IMG/VR virus record: IMGVR_UViG_3300033067_000815
Span: 1 to 34,614 of that record
DNA: 34,614 nt
Source: a virus
Taxonomy: Duplodnaviria > Caudoviricetes
Direction: 5' to 3' (one strand)
Positions 1 through 8,713 of the stretch are shown in pieces. Below the pieces are notes generated by a model. The model did no database searches. It was not told the DNA's origin and saw nothing but the letters and a program-made list of their open reading frames with translations. Each line of letters opens with the position of its first letter. Position 1 is the stretch's first letter. The translations under genes were made by a program, and so were the position numbers.

Positions 1-221
1 GGTACGGCGCATTCAAAGACAACGCCGCAATCTCGCAGGCGCTGAAGGCGGTGATGCGCCGCAGCCCGAAGTGGGATGCGCTGGACCCGGACATGAAGGA
101 GGCGCTGGAGATGAACGCGCACAAGATCAGCCGCATCCTGTGCGGCGACCCGCACTACGACGATTCGTGGGTGGACATTGCAGGCTATGCCACGCGGGTG
201 GCGGACAGGTTGCGGGCCTAA
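1..221 (+). CDS. DUF6378-like phage protein, 5' partial
   Basis: Frame from nt 3: YGAFKDNAAISQALK...EALEMNAHKISRILCGDPHYDDSWVDIAGYA...; stop TAA 219-221; not in ORF track. Confidence 0.8.
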   Translation, partial: YGAFKDNAAISQALKAVMRRSPKWDALDPDMKEALEMNAHKISRILCGDPHYDDSWVDIAGYATRVADRLRA

Positions 222-251
222 CGCAATTTATAGAGCAGATTGCTCAATAAC
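216..251 (-). other. attI-like recombination junction (second copy of the motif at 28265-28326)
   Basis: Minus strand GTTATTG-agcaatctgctc-tataaattgc-GTTAGGC; internal inverted repeat GAGCA-gat-TGCTC; GC content drops visibly across it. Confidence 0.45.
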
Positions 252-254
252 ACC

Positions 255-440
255 ATGACACCAGCATTCACTGCCGCAAAAGGCCACGTCTACGAGCTAA
301 ACGGCAGGCGCGTCATTGCGTCTGACTCTGGCCACGTAGTCGAGGTGCGCGTGCTTGATGACGATGGCGAAGTCGATCACATGATCAGGCCGATAACGGT
401 CAAGGCTACGTGGCTGAAAGAAGTTGAGGCGGTGCAATGA
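255..440 (+). CDS. Hypothetical phage protein
   Basis: ORF MTPAFTAAKG...; stop overlaps ninB start (ATGA). Confidence 0.6.
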   Translation: MTPAFTAAKGHVYELNGRRVIASDSGHVVEVRVLDDDGEVDHMIRPITVKATWLKEVEAVQ

Positions 441-844
441 CTCGCATGTCGATCCGTTGTTATGAGCCGGCGCAGGCGCATGCCGCCATGACGCGCGAGC
501 TGTGGCCGATGCTCAAAAGCATGTTGATGGCTGGCCATCGCATGATGATCGAATTGAAGCCAGAGACTCGCAGCCTTGAGCAAAACGCGCGGCTGTGGGC
601 GATGCTGACTGACATAAGCCAGCAAGTTGACTGGTACGGCAAGAAGCTGTCCCCAGAGGATTGGAAGCATGTGTTCAGTTCCAGCCTGCGAAAACTTGAT
701 GTCGTTCCGAACTTGGATGGGACTGGATTCGTAGCGCTTGGCCTATCGACAAGCAAGATGACGCGCGCGGAAATGAGCGACATGCAGACATTGATGGAAG
801 CATTCGGCGCTGGAAAAGGCGTGAAATTTAGGGCGCAGGAATGA
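437..844 (+). CDS. ninB: NinB/Orf family recombination protein
   Basis: RSLEQNARLWAMLTDISQQVDWYG...EDWK...VVPNLDG...GLSTSKM motifs; nin-region position. Confidence 0.92.
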   Translation: MTRMSIRCYEPAQAHAAMTRELWPMLKSMLMAGHRMMIELKPETRSLEQNARLWAMLTDISQQVDWYGKKLSPEDWKHVFSSSLRKLDVVPNLDGTGFVALGLSTSKMTRAEMSDMQTLMEAFGAGKGVKFRAQE

Positions 845-1137
845 GCAAGATCACAGAAAGCGCACGCGGCGAGGAATGCTTGGTCCGCATACCCGGCGTC
901 TGCTCATTTGACCCGACCAAGACGATATGGAGCCACGCGCGCCACGGCGCAGCAGGCAGGGGCAAGGGCATCAAGGCACTCGACCTTTTGGGCGCGTATT
1001 GCTGTACCTCATGCGATGCGGTGTATGACGGCCAAGCGCCACGGCCAGCAGGCATGACGCGCGAGCAGGTTGATTTGGACTGGTTTATGGGCCACTGCCG
1101 CAGCATCGTGCGGGCGGTCGAAAAGGGGGTGATATGA
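841..1137 (+). CDS. DUF1364/YbcO-family putative nuclease
   Basis: SARGEECLVRIPGVC...H...GKGIK...AYCCTSCD pattern. Confidence 0.88.
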   Translation: MSKITESARGEECLVRIPGVCSFDPTKTIWSHARHGAAGRGKGIKALDLLGAYCCTSCDAVYDGQAPRPAGMTREQVDLDWFMGHCRSIVRAVEKGVI

Positions 1138-1628
1138 ACAACACGCTTGAAGCTATCAAAGCGCGCTGCGATGAGGTTGGAGATTGTTGGATTTGGCGCG
1201 ATGCAACGACGGGCGAAGGCTATCCAATCTTTAAGCCGGCAGGCAGCAAAAAATGCGAGCTTGTCAGGCGTTATGTGTTTGCGCTGGCCGGCGGAAGGCT
1301 GAAAGCTAGAGTTCCGGTGGTGGCTAAGTGCGGGGAGCGCAAATGCGTCAACCCAGCTTGCGCCAGGGAATCAACGACCGCAAAGATTGCGCATGAAGCA
1401 GGTAAGCGCGGATCTCACTCGGCACTTGCGAAGCGCGCGAAGATTGCAAGTATCAAGCGCAAGACCGGAAAACTCGACATGCAGAAAGTCGCCGAGATCA
1501 TGGGAAGCGGAGAAACAACGCGCGTGCTAGGTGCTAGATATGGGGTAGATCAGTCTTTGATTTCCCGCATCAAGCGCGGCGAGGCGTGGAAAGACTACTC
1601 AAGCCCTTGGGCGGGGTTGGTGGCATGA
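1134..1628 (+). CDS. Degenerate HNH-like protein with C-terminal HTH
   Basis: CWIW...GYP...CGERKCVNP scaffold; C-terminal LGARYGVDQSLISRIKRGEAW helix-turn-helix. Confidence 0.7.
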   Translation: MNNTLEAIKARCDEVGDCWIWRDATTGEGYPIFKPAGSKKCELVRRYVFALAGGRLKARVPVVAKCGERKCVNPACARESTTAKIAHEAGKRGSHSALAKRAKIASIKRKTGKLDMQKVAEIMGSGETTRVLGARYGVDQSLISRIKRGEAWKDYSSPWAGLVA

Positions 1629-1843
1629 GCAAAGAGCACTACGGCTGCCACAACCGACCGCCATTCTCAGAGCGCTACATAGGCCGAGACGGTTATTGGC
1701 TGGACGGATACGAGCTGCACGCCAAAGCGACAAGCATTCCAGCATTTGGCCAGCGGGATTGCCAATACACACTGACCGAGCTAGGGCAGGCGGATAGGCG
1801 CTGCGAAGGATGTAAACACAAGAAGGAATTTCATGAAGACTGA
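1625..1843 (+). CDS. Small Cys-containing hypothetical protein
   Basis: ATGA overlap with previous stop; YGCHNR...CQY...CEGC. Confidence 0.7.
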   Translation: MSKEHYGCHNRPPFSERYIGRDGYWLDGYELHAKATSIPAFGQRDCQYTLTELGQADRRCEGCKHKKEFHED

Positions 1844-2564
1844 ATTAATGTTTGTTGATGTTGAAGATGTAAATGTTGACCATCGCTATCAAAGGCCGCT
1901 TGATAAACGGCGGATAAAAAGACTGACGAAGGCATTTGATCAAGGCGCATCAAAGGCAATATCTTTGTCGCGCCGGCCTGATGGGTCGATGTGGGTATAC
2001 GACGGCAATCACACGCTTGAGCTGTATAAACAGCAGGGGGCTAAGCGCATCCCTGCGGTGATTGTCGACAGCACAGCAGAGAAAGAGGCGGAGTGGTTTG
2101 TGTTGATGAATGGTGCTGGGCCAATAAAGGCAAACCCATGTCAAAAGCAACATGCTGCACACTTTGCCGGCGATCAGGTGGCAATTGAGGCGCAAAACAT
2201 ATTAGATGATTTTGGGATTGAAATTGCAAAAGGCGGCTCTGGCGTTGGGAAAACGCGCGCTATTGATTTCATCAAAACATGTGTGAAGGCGGATAAGCCT
2301 AGGTTGCTTTTTGCAATGGGGATGATCGACAGGCTTTGGTGTAACGAGGTTGAGGCGTGGTCACGAACCATCATGCGTGGAGCATGGGAGGTATCTGGTC
2401 TTGATTTGATAGATAAGGTGGAGGCAGGATTGGCAAAAAACAAAGTGACTCCGCGTCGTGTGCTTGATGTGGCCCAAGGGATGCAGTTGGCAACTGGCGA
2501 GCCAGGGGGGGGAATGGGGTTTGTGAAAAAGGCAATGCTTGCGCTTGCTCAGGTGTCAATTTAA
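1833..2564 (+). CDS. ParB/Srx-like (DUF6551/DGQHR-like) domain protein
   Basis: VDHRYQRPLD...ISLSRRPDG..WVYDGNHT motif; RBS AAGGA; AT-richer than neighbours. Confidence 0.7.
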   Translation: MKTELMFVDVEDVNVDHRYQRPLDKRRIKRLTKAFDQGASKAISLSRRPDGSMWVYDGNHTLELYKQQGAKRIPAVIVDSTAEKEAEWFVLMNGAGPIKANPCQKQHAAHFAGDQVAIEAQNILDDFGIEIAKGGSGVGKTRAIDFIKTCVKADKPRLLFAMGMIDRLWCNEVEAWSRTIMRGAWEVSGLDLIDKVEAGLAKNKVTPRRVLDVAQGMQLATGEPGGGMGFVKKAMLALAQVSI

Positions 2565-2587
2565 TTGCAACCACAAGAAGGACGCTG

Positions 2588-2950
2588 ATGATTGACCTAT
2601 ACCACATAGCCGAGCGCCACGAAGAAGCACATCGCCGCCTTGAAGAGTGGGCGAAGTGGGTGAGGCCGCGCAGGATGATCGCGGTTCACCCAATGTTTCG
2701 CATGTACCAGTCAAAAGCTCGGCAGTGGGAAACCGATCCACACATCAAGGTCGAGATTGACTCAATCGCAGCGCACCGGATCGAAAAGATTGTCTCAAGC
2801 CTGCCGGACAAGCACAGGACGGCGATTCGATGGGCGTATGTGTTTCCATTCATCCACGCCGGGAAGGTGAGGCGTGAGCTTGGCCTGACAGAGCAGGCGC
2901 TGGCAGCGATGCTTGATGCGGCGCGGGACATGGTGAAGAACAGGCTATAG
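2588..2950 (+). CDS. Late antitermination protein Q-like
   Basis: RLEEWAKW N-terminus, sigma4-like C-terminal HTH, immediately upstream of promoter/terminator pair and terminase. Confidence 0.7.
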   Translation: MIDLYHIAERHEEAHRRLEEWAKWVRPRRMIAVHPMFRMYQSKARQWETDPHIKVEIDSIAAHRIEKIVSSLPDKHRTAIRWAYVFPFIHAGKVRRELGLTEQALAAMLDAARDMVKNRL

Positions 2951-2971
2951 GGTTTGTACTTACAAAATAAC

Positions 2972-3001
2972 TTGACGCACGCAATAAAAATATGTTATGT
3001 T
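2972..3001 (+). promoter_or_regulatory. Late promoter (pR'-like)
   Basis: TTGACG 2972-2977, 18 nt, TG-t-TATGTT (extended -10 at 2996-3001); AT-rich upstream. Confidence 0.65.
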
Positions 3002-3063
3002 CGGATGCATAGACAAAAGTCTTGGTAATTCCCTGCTTGCGCAGGGATTGCCGACAGTAAATG

Positions 3064-3093
3064 AAGCCACCCTAACCCGGTGGCTTTTCATTT
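3064..3093 (+). terminator. Intrinsic terminator (tR'-like)
   Basis: AAGCCACC-ctaaccc-GGTGGCTT followed by TTCATTT. Confidence 0.7.
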
Positions 3094-3171
3094 CTGCCGC
3101 CAGAGTCGAACACACGCCAACCGCTTTGCAACAGGCTCGCACTCTGCGCGGCGAATCCATTGGAGTCCATC

Positions 3172-3441
3172 ATGCACGACGATCTAAGCCATCTCGCTGG
3201 CGCAGGCGTGAAGACTCAAGAGGATTTGTACGCCGAAGCGATGGACGAAATCATCCAAATGGCATCAGCCCTGAGCGACGCAATCGCGCTGCTGCACGAC
3301 CTGGACGGCGGAACAGGAGCGGCGCTGACTGTGCTTGTGGACAACGACGGCAGGCTCGCCGCTGTGGTGATGTCGCCGTGCGATGGCGATGAGCCGAGAT
3401 TTGCGCTTGATCTTGTCGATCATGGCGCGAGCATTCACTAA
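3172..3441 (+). CDS. Acidic hypothetical protein
   Basis: GGAG RBS before ATG 3172; first ORF of late operon. Confidence 0.65.
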   Translation: MHDDLSHLAGAGVKTQEDLYAEAMDEIIQMASALSDAIALLHDLDGGTGAALTVLVDNDGRLAAVVMSPCDGDEPRFALDLVDHGASIH

Positions 3442-3476
3442 CATTTCTCAACCGTCTACCCCAGAGGGGCGACATC

Positions 3477-3770
3477 ATGCCAAGAACTTCAACGGTCTTT
3501 AAGAAAGGCGAGAAAAAGCCGAACCAGGGCAAACGCGGCCCGAACAAGAACACAGCACAGATCAAGGACATGATCTTGACTGCGTTGTCGAATGTGGGCG
3601 GGGCTGAATACTTGGAGCGCAGGGCGAACGATCCGCGCACAGCTGCCGCTTTCCTTGGGTTAGTGGGCAAGGTGCTTCCGATGACGGTTGCGGGCGATGG
3701 GAACAACCCACTCAAGCACATCGTGAAGATCGAGCGCGTAATTGTCAACGCTGCAAATCAAGACGCCTAG
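3477..3770 (+). CDS. terS: Putative terminase small subunit
   Basis: FKKGEK..GKRGPNK N-terminus, AFLGLVGKVLP motif; overlaps terL start. Confidence 0.7.
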   Translation: MPRTSTVFKKGEKKPNQGKRGPNKNTAQIKDMILTALSNVGGAEYLERRANDPRTAAAFLGLVGKVLPMTVAGDGNNPLKHIVKIERVIVNAANQDA

Positions 3771-4962
3771 CGTCTTCACCCCGGCGCTTAACCCGGCCCG
3801 GTACATTGGCATTTATGGCGGACGCGGAAGCGGGAAGAGTCATTTCTTTGCTGAGCGCGTTGTCGAGGAATCAATACAACGCAAGGTAGACATCGTTTGT
3901 CTGCGTGAGATTCAGAAGAGCCTGAAGTTTTCAGTCAAGAAGCTGGTCGAATCGAAGATCGAGGCGATGAACGCGGGGTATTACTTCGACGTTCAGAACG
4001 AGCAGATCAAGAGCAAGCACGGCGGGAACATCATCTTTCAGGGCATGCAGGATCACACGGCGGACTCGATCAAGTCGCTGGAAGGATTTGGGATTGCGTG
4101 GTTTGAGGAAGCGCAGAGTGCATCACAGCGCAGTCTTGATCTGCTGAGGCCGACGATTCGCGCGCCAGGCTCTGAGCTGTGGTTTAGCTGGAACCCGAAT
4201 CACGCGACTGACCCGATTGACTCATTGTTGCGCGGCGAGAATCCTCCGCCAAACGCTGTTGTCATCAAGGCGAACTACCACGACAACCCGTGGCTTCCTG
4301 CTGAACTGCGGGAAGAGATGGAATACGACAGGAAGCGCGACCCTGAGAAGTACGCGCATATCTGGCTGGGCGAGTATCAGCGTAACAGCTCGGCGCGCGT
4401 CTTCCGTAACTGGAAGATCGAAGAATTCGAGCGGCCCAAGGGCGTTGTTCACAGGCTTGGAGCTGATTGGGGATTCTCGATTGATCCGTCTGTATTGGTC
4501 AGGTGCGACATAGACGGGCGCAGACTGTACGTTGACTACGAAGCGTACCAGGTAGGCTGCGAGATAGATATGCTGCCTGAGTTGTTCATGCAGGTGCCAG
4601 AGGCTGAGAAATGGCCGATCACGGCAGATTCAGCAAGGCCAGAAACCATCAGCTACATGCAGCGCCACGGCTTCCCGAAGATGCACAGCGCCGTGAAGGG
4701 CGCAAAGAGCCTGGAAGAAGGCATCGAGTTTCTGCGCAGCTTTGACATCATCGTTCATCCGCGCTGCACGCACACGATAGACGAGCTGACGATGTACAGC
4801 TACAAGACCGACCCATTAACCGGCGAGGTTGTCCCGATTCTTGAAGACAAGGACAACCACGTTATTGACGCATTGCGCTACGCATGCGAAGGCGCACGGC
4901 GCACACAAAGGACGAAGGAATGGACGCAGCCATTGAAGGTGCCGACGCGGTACGTCGTGTGA
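3742..4962 (+). CDS. terL: Terminase large subunit, PBSX family
   Basis: Walker A GGRGSGKS, Walker B WFEEA, WNP, GADWG, ADSARPE, NHVIDALRYA. Confidence 0.97.
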   Translation: MSTLQIKTPSVFTPALNPARYIGIYGGRGSGKSHFFAERVVEESIQRKVDIVCLREIQKSLKFSVKKLVESKIEAMNAGYYFDVQNEQIKSKHGGNIIFQGMQDHTADSIKSLEGFGIAWFEEAQSASQRSLDLLRPTIRAPGSELWFSWNPNHATDPIDSLLRGENPPPNAVVIKANYHDNPWLPAELREEMEYDRKRDPEKYAHIWLGEYQRNSSARVFRNWKIEEFERPKGVVHRLGADWGFSIDPSVLVRCDIDGRRLYVDYEAYQVGCEIDMLPELFMQVPEAEKWPITADSARPETISYMQRHGFPKMHSAVKGAKSLEEGIEFLRSFDIIVHPRCTHTIDELTMYSYKTDPLTGEVVPILEDKDNHVIDALRYACEGARRTQRTKEWTQPLKVPTRYVV

Positions 4963-5147
4963 AGCGAGGACGACCGGCGCGAGTGTCTGCCATTGAGCAG
5001 CCAAGCCCAGCCAAAGCCTACGCTATGCGCGTCTGGGCTGGCCAGTCCGTTGACGTGCCGCCTGCCGAGAGATTGGCCCGCGTTCATGCCGCTTTGGTGG
5101 GGCAAAACCTGCCGACTGACGGCATCACACTGGAGACGATGGAGTGA
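4959..5147 (+). CDS. Hypothetical protein
   Basis: GTGA overlaps with terL stop and portal start; KRGRP N-terminus. Confidence 0.6.
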   Translation: MKRGRPARVSAIEQPSPAKAYAMRVWAGQSVDVPPAERLARVHAALVGQNLPTDGITLETME

Positions 5148-7303
5148 CTGACGAAGACCTGCTCAAGATCATAGAGGCGCACCGGGCCGACAGCCTTGGC
5201 GTCGAGGATGGAGAGCTGAGCAATGAGCGCGCCACGGCTATGGACCGCTATCACGGTCGGCCCTATGGCAACGAGATGGAAGGTCGCTCGGCCATCGTCA
5301 GCAAGGATTTGAGCGAGGCTGTGGATTGGGCGATGCCCGCCATCATGCGTATCTTCACCGCGACCGGCAATGTGGCCGAGTTAGACCCGGTTGGTCCCGA
5401 GGACGAGCGACAAGCCGAGATCGAGACGGACTACATCAACCAAGTCGTGATGAAGGACAACCCCGGCTGGATCATCCTGCACGACGCCATCAAGGACACA
5501 TTGCTGCTCAAGAACGGCTATATCAAGCACTGGTGGCACACGCAAGAGAAGATCGAGGAATTGAAATATCAGGGCCTCGATCTGCCTGAGCTGCAAATGC
5601 TGATGCAGCAGCTACAGCAGGACGGAGCCGAAGTCGAGATAAATGGCCAGGAACCGCGCCAGATTGTGACGGATCAAGGGCCGATTGAAGTCTTTGACAT
5701 CGAGCTCAAGATCAAGCGCAAAGAGGGTCGCGTGTGCATTGAGGCGGTGCCGTGCGAGGAAATCCGGGTTAGCCGGAAGTGTCGCGGAAGCCTGCAAGAC
5801 TCGCCTTTTGTCGAGCATGTAACCAGAAAGACACGCTCGGACCTGATTGAGATGGGCATGGATCGAGAGTTCGTCGATCAATTACCCGCCTACACAGAGA
5901 CAAACCAGAACAGCAGCCAGGCATTCAGCCGCGACTCTGTGAGCGACGAAACCGGCGCGAATTACGGCAATTCCTGGGACGACCGCTCGATGGATGAGAT
6001 CGAGTTTTGCGAGGCTTACATCAAGGTTGATTTTGATGGCGACGGCATCGCAGAGCTTCGCCGCGTGGTGAGTGTGGGCAATCAGATTCCCGATGGCGAA
6101 GAGTGGAATCAGCCCATTCCAGAGGTTGCAATAACCGGGTTTGTGGCCAAGCGCGTGCCGCATCGTCATGTGGGCGAGAGCATTTACGACGACCTGGGCG
6201 ACCTGCAAGAGATCAAGACCACGCTACAGCGCCAGTTGTTCGACAACATCTACCAAGTCAACAACAGCCAGTTTGCGATCAATGAGCGCTGCAATATCGC
6301 GGACTTCATGACCAATCTGCCAGGCGGATTGAAGCGCATCGAGGGGCTGGAGCCGATTGGAGACGCATTTCATCCGATTACGACGCCGTCCATCGTGGGT
6401 GAGTTGCTGCCTGCGATTGACTACATCGACAACGTGAAGGAGTCGCGCACCGGCATAACCAAGGCTTCGAGCGGGCTTGATCCCGACACCTTGGCGAATG
6501 TGACCAAGGGCGCCTTCATGGAGAACATGACGCGCGCCAGCCAGAAGGTCGAGATGATAACGCGCATGTTGGCAGAGACCGGCGTTAAAGAGCTTGTTCT
6601 TAGGGTGCATAGCCTGCTCACGCGCTACCAGGACAAGCAGCGAATCATCAGGATGAAGGGGCAATACGTACCAGTCAACCCGCAGCAGTGGCGCGAGCGC
6701 ACCGATGTAACGGTCAAAGTCGGACTCGGCACCGGCAACGAGGAAGACCGGCAACGCAAGCTGATGCTGATTGCACAGCTACAGCGCGACATGCTTGCGC
6801 CCTTGGGATTGATCGAAGCGCCGCAAGCGTTTTCACTGTTCTCAGACATCAGCAAGACGCTCGGATTCGAGGCGCCGGACAAGTTCAGCATGAGCCCGGA
6901 CAACCCGGCCTATCAGCAGAAGATGGCGAATCAGCCACCTGATCCGAAAGTGCAGATTGAGCAGGCGAAATTGCAGTCACAGACGCAGATTGAACAGATG
7001 CGCATGCAAATGCAGCAGCAGATGGAGCAGATGCGCGCACAGATGCAGCAGCAGACAGACGCGAACCGTCAAGAGATGGAAGCGCGCCAGCATCAACTAA
7101 AACTAGAGCAGGAAGGCCAGCTAGAAGCCGTAAAAGCGCAGTATGAGGATGCGCGTCATCAAAGAGAGATGGAATTCCAGCGATGGAAGGCAGAGCTAGA
7201 CGCATCGGTGCGGATCAAGTCTGCCGACATCCAGAGCCAATACAAGATGAACGACCCGGCAACACAGGCCGCGACCGCTGAAATCGGGCGCGAGGTTCAA
7301 TGA
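5144..7303 (+). CDS. Portal protein with C-terminal coiled-coil barrel
   Basis: 719 aa after terL; DFDGDGIAELRRV, ESRTG motifs; Q/E/M-rich C-terminal helix as in P22-like portals. Confidence 0.92.
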   Translation: MTDEDLLKIIEAHRADSLGVEDGELSNERATAMDRYHGRPYGNEMEGRSAIVSKDLSEAVDWAMPAIMRIFTATGNVAELDPVGPEDERQAEIETDYINQVVMKDNPGWIILHDAIKDTLLLKNGYIKHWWHTQEKIEELKYQGLDLPELQMLMQQLQQDGAEVEINGQEPRQIVTDQGPIEVFDIELKIKRKEGRVCIEAVPCEEIRVSRKCRGSLQDSPFVEHVTRKTRSDLIEMGMDREFVDQLPAYTETNQNSSQAFSRDSVSDETGANYGNSWDDRSMDEIEFCEAYIKVDFDGDGIAELRRVVSVGNQIPDGEEWNQPIPEVAITGFVAKRVPHRHVGESIYDDLGDLQEIKTTLQRQLFDNIYQVNNSQFAINERCNIADFMTNLPGGLKRIEGLEPIGDAFHPITTPSIVGELLPAIDYIDNVKESRTGITKASSGLDPDTLANVTKGAFMENMTRASQKVEMITRMLAETGVKELVLRVHSLLTRYQDKQRIIRMKGQYVPVNPQQWRERTDVTVKVGLGTGNEEDRQRKLMLIAQLQRDMLAPLGLIEAPQAFSLFSDISKTLGFEAPDKFSMSPDNPAYQQKMANQPPDPKVQIEQAKLQSQTQIEQMRMQMQQQMEQMRAQMQQQTDANRQEMEARQHQLKLEQEGQLEAVKAQYEDARHQREMEFQRWKAELDASVRIKSADIQSQYKMNDPATQAATAEIGREVQ

Positions 7304-7587
7304 CACCAGAAGATCGAGTTTTCCGGGCCACGGATGCCCGCCAACTGCTTGAAAACAAGCTCTTTGTCGAAGCCTGGGACGCAGTAGAGCGCCATCTTTC
7401 GAGCGCCGCGCTGTCGTGCGACCCAGACAACAAGGACAAGGCGCAGCGCATCATCATCAGCCAGCAGCTACTCGCAGCGGTGAAGCGCGAGATTACGCGC
7501 ATCGTGCAGGACGGAGAAGTTGCACGGGTGCAGATTGCAGAGATTGAGAAGAAACGAAGCCTTATGCAGCGCGTGCTGCGAAGGTAA
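7300..7587 (+). CDS. Small helical protein between portal and scaffold
   Basis: ATGA coupling; typical synteny. Confidence 0.75.
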   Translation: MTPEDRVFRATDARQLLENKLFVEAWDAVERHLSSAALSCDPDNKDKAQRIIISQQLLAAVKREITRIVQDGEVARVQIAEIEKKRSLMQRVLRR

Positions 7588-7595
7588 GAGTTACC

Positions 7596-7666
7596 GGCGG
7601 ACACCCGCCATTTAGCGACCGTCGAGAGACGCCGCAAGCCTTCTTGGTGTCGTGAAGGAGGCTTTT
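7596..7666 (+). promoter_or_regulatory. Three-hairpin leader upstream of scaffold gene
   Basis: GGCGG-acac-CCGCC; CGTC-gaga-GACG; AAGCCTTCTT-n9-AAGGAGGCTT+TT. Confidence 0.5.
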
Positions 7667-7678
7667 GATTGTTGAAAA

Positions 7679-8704
7679 ATGGAACAGGAATCTTCTACCT
7701 CCGATGGAGGCGAATCGACCCTGGAACGGCTCCAGAACTTCTTGTCTGCCGACGAAGATCAGGAACAAGAGCCAATCCAGCCCGAACAGGGCGAACAGGC
7801 AGACGCAACTGCGAATGAGGCATCGGAAGACGATGCTCAAGAGCCAGAAAGCGAAACACCTTCAAACGAGTACCAACTAGCCGACGTTGCCAAGCTGCTT
7901 GGCGCGGATGAAAACGCGCTCGATGTGGACGAGGACGGCTCTATCTCCGTGAAAACGAAGGTAGACGGCGAAGTGGGCAAGGTGAAATTCGCGGACCTGC
8001 TCAAGAGCTACCAACTCCAGCAGCACGCCGATAAACAGGTGCGAGAGGCGGCTGAGGTACGCAAGCAGGCGCAGGAATACGCCCAGCAGGTGCAGCAGCA
8101 GATCCAGGTACAGCAAGCAGTCGTCAGCAAGATCGCCGAAGCCAAGGCCATTGAAGCTGAATTGGCGCAATACCAGGGCATCAACTGGCAGGCGCTGATC
8201 GACTCCGATCCCGTTCAGGCGATGAAGCTCGAACACCAGATGCGCGACTTGCAGGGCAAGCACGGCGCAAAGGTGCAAGAGATCAACGCAGCGGCTCAGC
8301 AGGTCCAACAGGCACAAGCTCATCAGTCACAGGCCATGCTCGCGCAAGAGCATCAAGCCCTAATGAGAGCCATTCCTGAGTGGAGCAAAGAGGCCGTCGC
8401 CGTCAAGGAAAAGCAGGCCATTGCAGCCGACTTGAAGGCGCGGGGTTACAGCGACGCGGACATCAAAGGATTGAGCGACCACAAAGCCGTTCTCCTTGCC
8501 CGCGACGCCATGTTGTACCGGGCGCAGCAGCAGAAAACGAACCTGACCGAAAAGCAGGTACGGGCTGCGCCAAAGCTAGTCAAGCCGGGTAGCACGTCCG
8601 CTAGGAATAACGCGACTGCTATCCAAAAGATTCAATCGGAAGTCAAGCGTACCGGTTCGCGCGAAAGCGTTGCGAACTGGCTGCTGGCGACCGGCAAAGT
8701 TTAA
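7679..8704 (+). CDS. Capsid scaffolding protein
   Basis: Acidic disordered N-terminus, VKTKVDG..KV...LLKSYQ, coiled coil, APKLVKPG; directly before capsid. Confidence 0.85.
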   Translation: MEQESSTSDGGESTLERLQNFLSADEDQEQEPIQPEQGEQADATANEASEDDAQEPESETPSNEYQLADVAKLLGADENALDVDEDGSISVKTKVDGEVGKVKFADLLKSYQLQQHADKQVREAAEVRKQAQEYAQQVQQQIQVQQAVVSKIAEAKAIEAELAQYQGINWQALIDSDPVQAMKLEHQMRDLQGKHGAKVQEINAAAQQVQQAQAHQSQAMLAQEHQALMRAIPEWSKEAVAVKEKQAIAADLKARGYSDADIKGLSDHKAVLLARDAMLYRAQQQKTNLTEKQVRAAPKLVKPGSTSARNNATAIQKIQSEVKRTGSRESVANWLLATGKV

Positions 8705-8713
8705 GGAACCATC

